A stretch of 64,000 nucleotides of DNA from the NCBI GenBank assembly GCA_009859145.1, contig VRVR01000053.1:62001-126000 (forward strand). Direction: 5' to 3'. Shown here piece after piece: positions 60,006 to 64,000 of this stretch (its first letter is position 1; each line of letters starts with the position of its first letter). Source of the DNA: Andalucia godoyi And28 (lineage: Eukaryota > Protista > Jakobida). Both the position numbers and the translations under genes were made by a program. The notes beneath the pieces are model-generated. The model saw nothing but the letters and a program-made list of their open reading frames with translations, was not told the DNA's origin and ran no database searches.

Positions 60006-62453
60006 TTACTGTTGGGCACAAACACGAGCACGTACCACGGCAGCAACCCACTCCATGGGGATGGTCTCTGCAGATCTCGTTGCACACTCTTCGATCAGGA
60101 GTTGGTGATCCGAAGTACGCGGCCCAGAAGTCTGCGGCAGATCGCGGATCATGGCAACTACCCAGACAAGACCAATGAACCGAACTACGCTTTGATCGGC
60201 TGTGTTGACGCGGTACAGCACTCGGTCCACCTCCCCCTTCAATTCGTTTCCGTATGAATAGGCCTGGGAAGCAGACTGAAAAGGAAGCCAATCGACAACT
60301 GCAGCAATGTCGCGGGAATTCGCAACATAATCCACAATGGAAACAAGCATTCCCAAAGAAGAGTACGCCATCGCATTTGTCACACCAGGCTTCGCAGGGG
60401 AAGCGAGACTATTCGAGCTCTCATGTGACAGACTTCCAAAGAACCGCACAACTGTTGCAGCCAGAGGAGAAAGCGAAGAAAACGAAAAGTCTCGCGCAGC
60501 ATTTGAAAACGAAACGTGTGCCGCAGCAAGGACGACGTTGGCCGCCCGAGAGAGAACCCATTCCGCCATCATAGACAAAATCGTCTCACTCTCCATCCAC
60601 ACACCCGCAGACAGCGCGAGCTCGCAAGCAGCAGCCAGAACCCCAAAACCTTCGTCCCCGAGCGCAGACGCCGGAAATGATGTAGAAGACGATGCAAGAA
60701 GTGCTCGCGTGCTTTGGGCCACGGCCTCACGCAAATCTCCAATCTCAACCCATTTTGACACCATCCCCACTCGCTGCCTCACAACATTGATACCGGCACT
60801 CGTTGCGGAAACAACAAATCCCTGAGAGAGAGATTTGACGCGATCCGCGCGATCGGCAATGCACGAAGAATACAGAAGCGCAGCATCATCTCCCAGACGA
60901 GAAGAGATGGAATGCAGAAGAGCCGACTCTGCATCCAGCAATCCTGCTAACATCAATGCATGAACGAGTTCAGTGCGAAACGGAAGGCAGCGTGCAACGA
61001 GCTCTCGGAAACGCTGCTGGATCAGCGAGAAATCTGCAGACGACAGGACAAGCCGGGCATATGTCAACGGATGTGCGGTGTCAACTGGGAGAGATGAGAC
61101 ATGACTGACCCATTCTGCGTGAGACAAGGACCGGGTGTGAACCGCCATGTATTCTTCCAACGAACTCCAATCCCAATCTTGCGAAGCTCCAGGCTTTGAT
61201 CCGTAAAACACAGAGGAAATCTCCGACACGGAATTATGCAGTCTGGATCTCAACATGATGCACGCAAGCGCACCTGGAACACATCCAACTTTCCTCGGCA
61301 TTGCTGTTCTCGACAACCTCTTTGCTGATTCCAACAGCATCGAATCCTTGGAATTTCCGTCAACAGATCGTTGGGTCATCGCATTCATGATTGCTGCAAG
61401 GTCTGCATCAGGGCATCTGGAGACAAAAGCTCTTGCATCTTCGTCGCGGCCGCGGACGAGCAGTTGGAAAACATGAATAAGAGCGTCTCCAGAATCTGCA
61501 AAGACAGGTGCCGCGGAAGTGGTGTCCAAAAGAGTAGCAACGTGCTTGAACAGTACGTCCATGACTGTGTCTGGATTTGCAGAGGCCGTCGCAGAAGGAT
61601 ATCTGATGTGTTCAGCAACAAGAGCTGCAATTTGGAATAGCTCTTGCGCATGTGCTGTTCGACCTGGTGTATCCTCCACAACCTGTTTTGCGGTCTGAGT
61701 AAGGACTTTCGCACATTCAATTCGCATTCCCGGAGACGCACTCGCAGAGGTCAACGTTGTGAGCGAGTGCGTATTGCCAAACGAAGCAAGAGCTCTTGCA
61801 TACGCCAGAGCTCTCGAGTCTGGAGCAGACTGCAGAACAGGCCCAAATCCACTGTCCTGGCTGGAAGATGCCGGGGTTCCTGAGATCCTGTTGGCTATCG
61901 GAGATCGAATGGCTTGGGCAAATCCATTCTGTTCAGCCTGTTGAGGAGCAGGGTGAGAAAGTGATACGGACGGTTGGCCAAATCTTGTCATCTCCATCAG
62001 AATCTGATTTCTGTTCTTGAACAAATCGTCTTCCATTCTCGTGGCGAGTTCTTTGGAGATGAGCGATGAAACATATGCACGCTGGGCGGACATGACCTCT
62101 TGCGCCATTGATTTCCGATGATGTTCCAGCATGGTGTCTAAATCCTCGAAAAAGAGAGGTTCCGAAGTGCCCCCTCTCGGCCCAACAGGCGCCAGACGGT
62201 CATCCTGCTCAACATCAATGCCGGAGCCAGCCTCACCACCACCACCTCCAGAAAGATCCTTACGAGCTTGGAGTCCTGTACCGGCATACGAATACAACGA
62301 GTGTGCAAGATGAGAAGGATTGAATGCATTGGCCGCCAGTAAAATGGATCCTTCGTGCGACTGCGAGTAGTCTGTCACAGCAGCCGATGCATGGGGTAGT
62401 CGCTTAGCACGAGATGCTAGCTGCGAGAGCGAGTGTGGAGGAGGAACAAACAT
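60006..62453 (-). CDS. NUP93: Nucleoporin Nup93/Nic96-like protein (815 aa)
   Basis: First ATG at MFVPPPHSLSQL. GSILLAANAFNPSHL and LDTMLEHHRKSM...RMEDDLFKNRNQIL resemble the Nic96 N-terminal coiled coil, followed by a helical solenoid. Confidence 0.7.
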   Translation of the reverse strand: MFVPPPHSLSQLASRAKRLPHASAAVTDYSQSHEGSILLAANAFNPSHLAHSLYSYAGTGLQARKDLSGGGGGEAGSGIDVEQDDRLAPVGPRGGTSEPLFFEDLDTMLEHHRKSMAQEVMSAQRAYVSSLISKELATRMEDDLFKNRNQILMEMTRFGQPSVSLSHPAPQQAEQNGFAQAIRSPIANRISGTPASSSQDSGFGPVLQSAPDSRALAYARALASFGNTHSLTTLTSASASPGMRIECAKVLTQTAKQVVEDTPGRTAHAQELFQIAALVAEHIRYPSATASANPDTVMDVLFKHVATLLDTTSAAPVFADSGDALIHVFQLLVRGRDEDARAFVSRCPDADLAAIMNAMTQRSVDGNSKDSMLLESAKRLSRTAMPRKVGCVPGALACIMLRSRLHNSVSEISSVFYGSKPGASQDWDWSSLEEYMAVHTRSLSHAEWVSHVSSLPVDTAHPLTYARLVLSSADFSLIQQRFRELVARCLPFRTELVHALMLAGLLDAESALLHSISSRLGDDAALLYSSCIADRADRVKSLSQGFVVSATSAGINVVRQRVGMVSKWVEIGDLREAVAQSTRALLASSSTSFPASALGDEGFGVLAAACELALSAGVWMESETILSMMAEWVLSRAANVVLAAAHVSFSNAARDFSFSSLSPLAATVVRFFGSLSHESSNSLASPAKPGVTNAMAYSSLGMLVSIVDYVANSRDIAAVVDWLPFQSASQAYSYGNELKGEVDRVLYRVNTADQSVVRFIGLVWVVAMIRDLPQTSGPRTSDHQLLIEECATRSAETIPMEWVAAVVRARVCAQQ

Positions 62454-62732
62454 CTGCAGCCAGCAACCAGCAACCAACAACCAACAACCAAAAATAAAGT
62501 CTAAAACAAAAACAAAAGGAAACACGCTTCGTATCCAATGTTCCGCAGCCCTCGAGGTCCCAAAGCAGTGCGACAGTGTTGCCTCAAGTGAGACCAAAAT
62601 GCAGAGGCTGCATTGAGATGGGCGATTCTCCTTTCTATCCACACTCCATTTTCGTCCTTATGAACGCACGTCTTTTTGCTACAATTGTTTTCGTTTCTCA
62701 TAGTATTTTATCGTGTTTGTGCATTTAGAGAC

Positions 62733-64000
62733 ATGAACGGGGTTGCATCATCATCATCATTGTCGTCATCGTCATCGTCGTCAGTGAGCGCGGGTCGAAC
62801 TCTCGTTGCGTCTCTTCCAGTCACGGTGCATGATGCGAACTCGTCTTCGCAGCTGCTTCTTGTCCAGTCTCTGCTGCGTCCTCCAACACGGCCGTATGAT
62901 CTGACACGAGTTCGCAGAGTGGCGCTTAAGCCTCGACATGGGCGCATTGAACTGGAAATTGCACACGACCCAGAATCGAATACAATGGATGTCAGCGCGG
63001 GGTTTGCAGACTCGTTCCGCCTCGCAGGCTCCTTCTCTGCTCCGTTTTCCAATCCGTATGCGTCGTCTTCCATCAACTTACCTTCTTCCCATGCTCCGGT
63101 ATCGAGCGTGCCATGCATGCTGGCAGTTGGAGTTGTTCGGCAAGGGAATTTGCACATGGTTCCTGTTTCGGCCATTGCGCAATTGAAGCCATCATTCAAG
63201 AATCTCCCAGTTCACGCAGGCGCAGAATATGGAGTTGTGGTGCGCGATACTACCGAAGATGATCTTGCAATGGATGATGCAGACGATGTCGACGAAGATG
63301 ACCAAATGACAATGCTGAATCAATCAGCTTCTGGCGCGGGCGATGAGGGTGTGCCGGTGGTGGTTACTGTGCAAAAGCGAGAAACGGAGAGGCAGCAGGC
63401 CGCTCGACAACGATCTTGGGCGTACATGGCTGAGAGAGAAGCAGCGGAAAGATGGGTCGACTGTTCGTTGTCAAGGTCTCCAGTGTTTCCCTTGGAAGAT
63501 GTCGTTGCATCGGAGGATGTATCAATGGAAGATGCACAAGGAGCCTCTTCCTCAAATGGTCTTCGTAGACCGAGTTCTGTGTCTTCCTCAAATTTACGCA
63601 CAATGCTGCTACTGTCAAGTCCTTCGGATGCCCTGCCCTCTGTTGAATCTGTATTGCGACAGTCGTACTGTTGCGCGCTTCCTCAACTGGTTTCTTCGCT
63701 GCGATTGAACGTCCCTGCTAGCGGTGGTGCAGCGATTTCGCTGGATATGTTGCCAACGAACATCAGAACCCAGTTGGACAGAGTTGCAGTGTACTCACGA
63801 GGACTCTGGTTTTTGAGGTCGGACATGTTGTTTGAAAAGGATTCCCGGCGCGAACTCTCTCGAGACCTCATTCTCGGCTGTTTGCATCACGATCATCCTG
63901 GCCAGGCCCCGCCAACCTCCATTGCGAGCAATGTACCCCTTTCCGCTCTCTCCGCGAAAATTAATTCGGATTATTGGATTGGGATTCGGGCCGTTGATGA
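62733..64000 (+). CDS. POLR3E: RNA polymerase III subunit RPC5 (Rpc37/Sin-like), runs off the window end
   Basis: Open frame from ATG 62733 to the window end, so absent from the ORF track: LLVQSLLRP..RPY, KPRHGRIELEI, AVGVV..GNLHMVPVSAIAQLKPSF, VQKRETERQQAARQRSWAY...ERW. Confidence 0.88.
   Translation, partial: MNGVASSSSLSSSSSSSVSAGRTLVASLPVTVHDANSSSQLLLVQSLLRPPTRPYDLTRVRRVALKPRHGRIELEIAHDPESNTMDVSAGFADSFRLAGSFSAPFSNPYASSSINLPSSHAPVSSVPCMLAVGVVRQGNLHMVPVSAIAQLKPSFKNLPVHAGAEYGVVVRDTTEDDLAMDDADDVDEDDQMTMLNQSASGAGDEGVPVVVTVQKRETERQQAARQRSWAYMAEREAAERWVDCSLSRSPVFPLEDVVASEDVSMEDAQGASSSNGLRRPSSVSSSNLRTMLLLSSPSDALPSVESVLRQSYCCALPQLVSSLRLNVPASGGAAISLDMLPTNIRTQLDRVAVYSRGLWFLRSDMLFEKDSRRELSRDLILGCLHHDHPGQAPPTSIASNVPLSALSAKINSDYWIGIRAVD

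Overview
Gene-dense, intron-poor eukaryotic DNA in the standard genetic code. It probably comes from a flagellated protist, since it encodes the axonemal ruler CCDC39; the species cannot be assigned from the sequence alone. Housekeeping content: a tandem AAA ATPase, tRNA-Lys(CUU) head-to-head with lysyl-tRNA synthetase, UGGT (with a hidden 123-nt in-frame intron), tomosyn/Lgl, an HROB-like OB-fold protein, a Clu-like+PH protein, CCDC39, a TLC protein, a METTL21-like methyltransferase, D2HGDH, a PhoD-like phosphatase, Nup93/Nic96 and a partial RPC5. There is also a ~5,465-aa type I membrane protein made of 39 Asp-rich ~125-aa repeats. The main discovery is invisible to the ORF track. Four intergenic regions (17.1-17.4 kb +, 37.4-39.1 kb -, 53.1-54.2 kb +, 55.7-56.8 kb -) hold decayed Fanzor2/IS607-TnpB-like RNA-guided nuclease elements, with an extra fragment at 17.5-17.7 kb. 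Their ORFs are broken, but each keeps a shared 3' non-coding scaffold (GGRGYCT ... hairpin ... TGC-R-N1-3-GACT ... hairpin ..., ending in CAG in three of four) that looks like an omegaRNA. All family assignments are by-eye motif recognition; no database search or folding computation was run.
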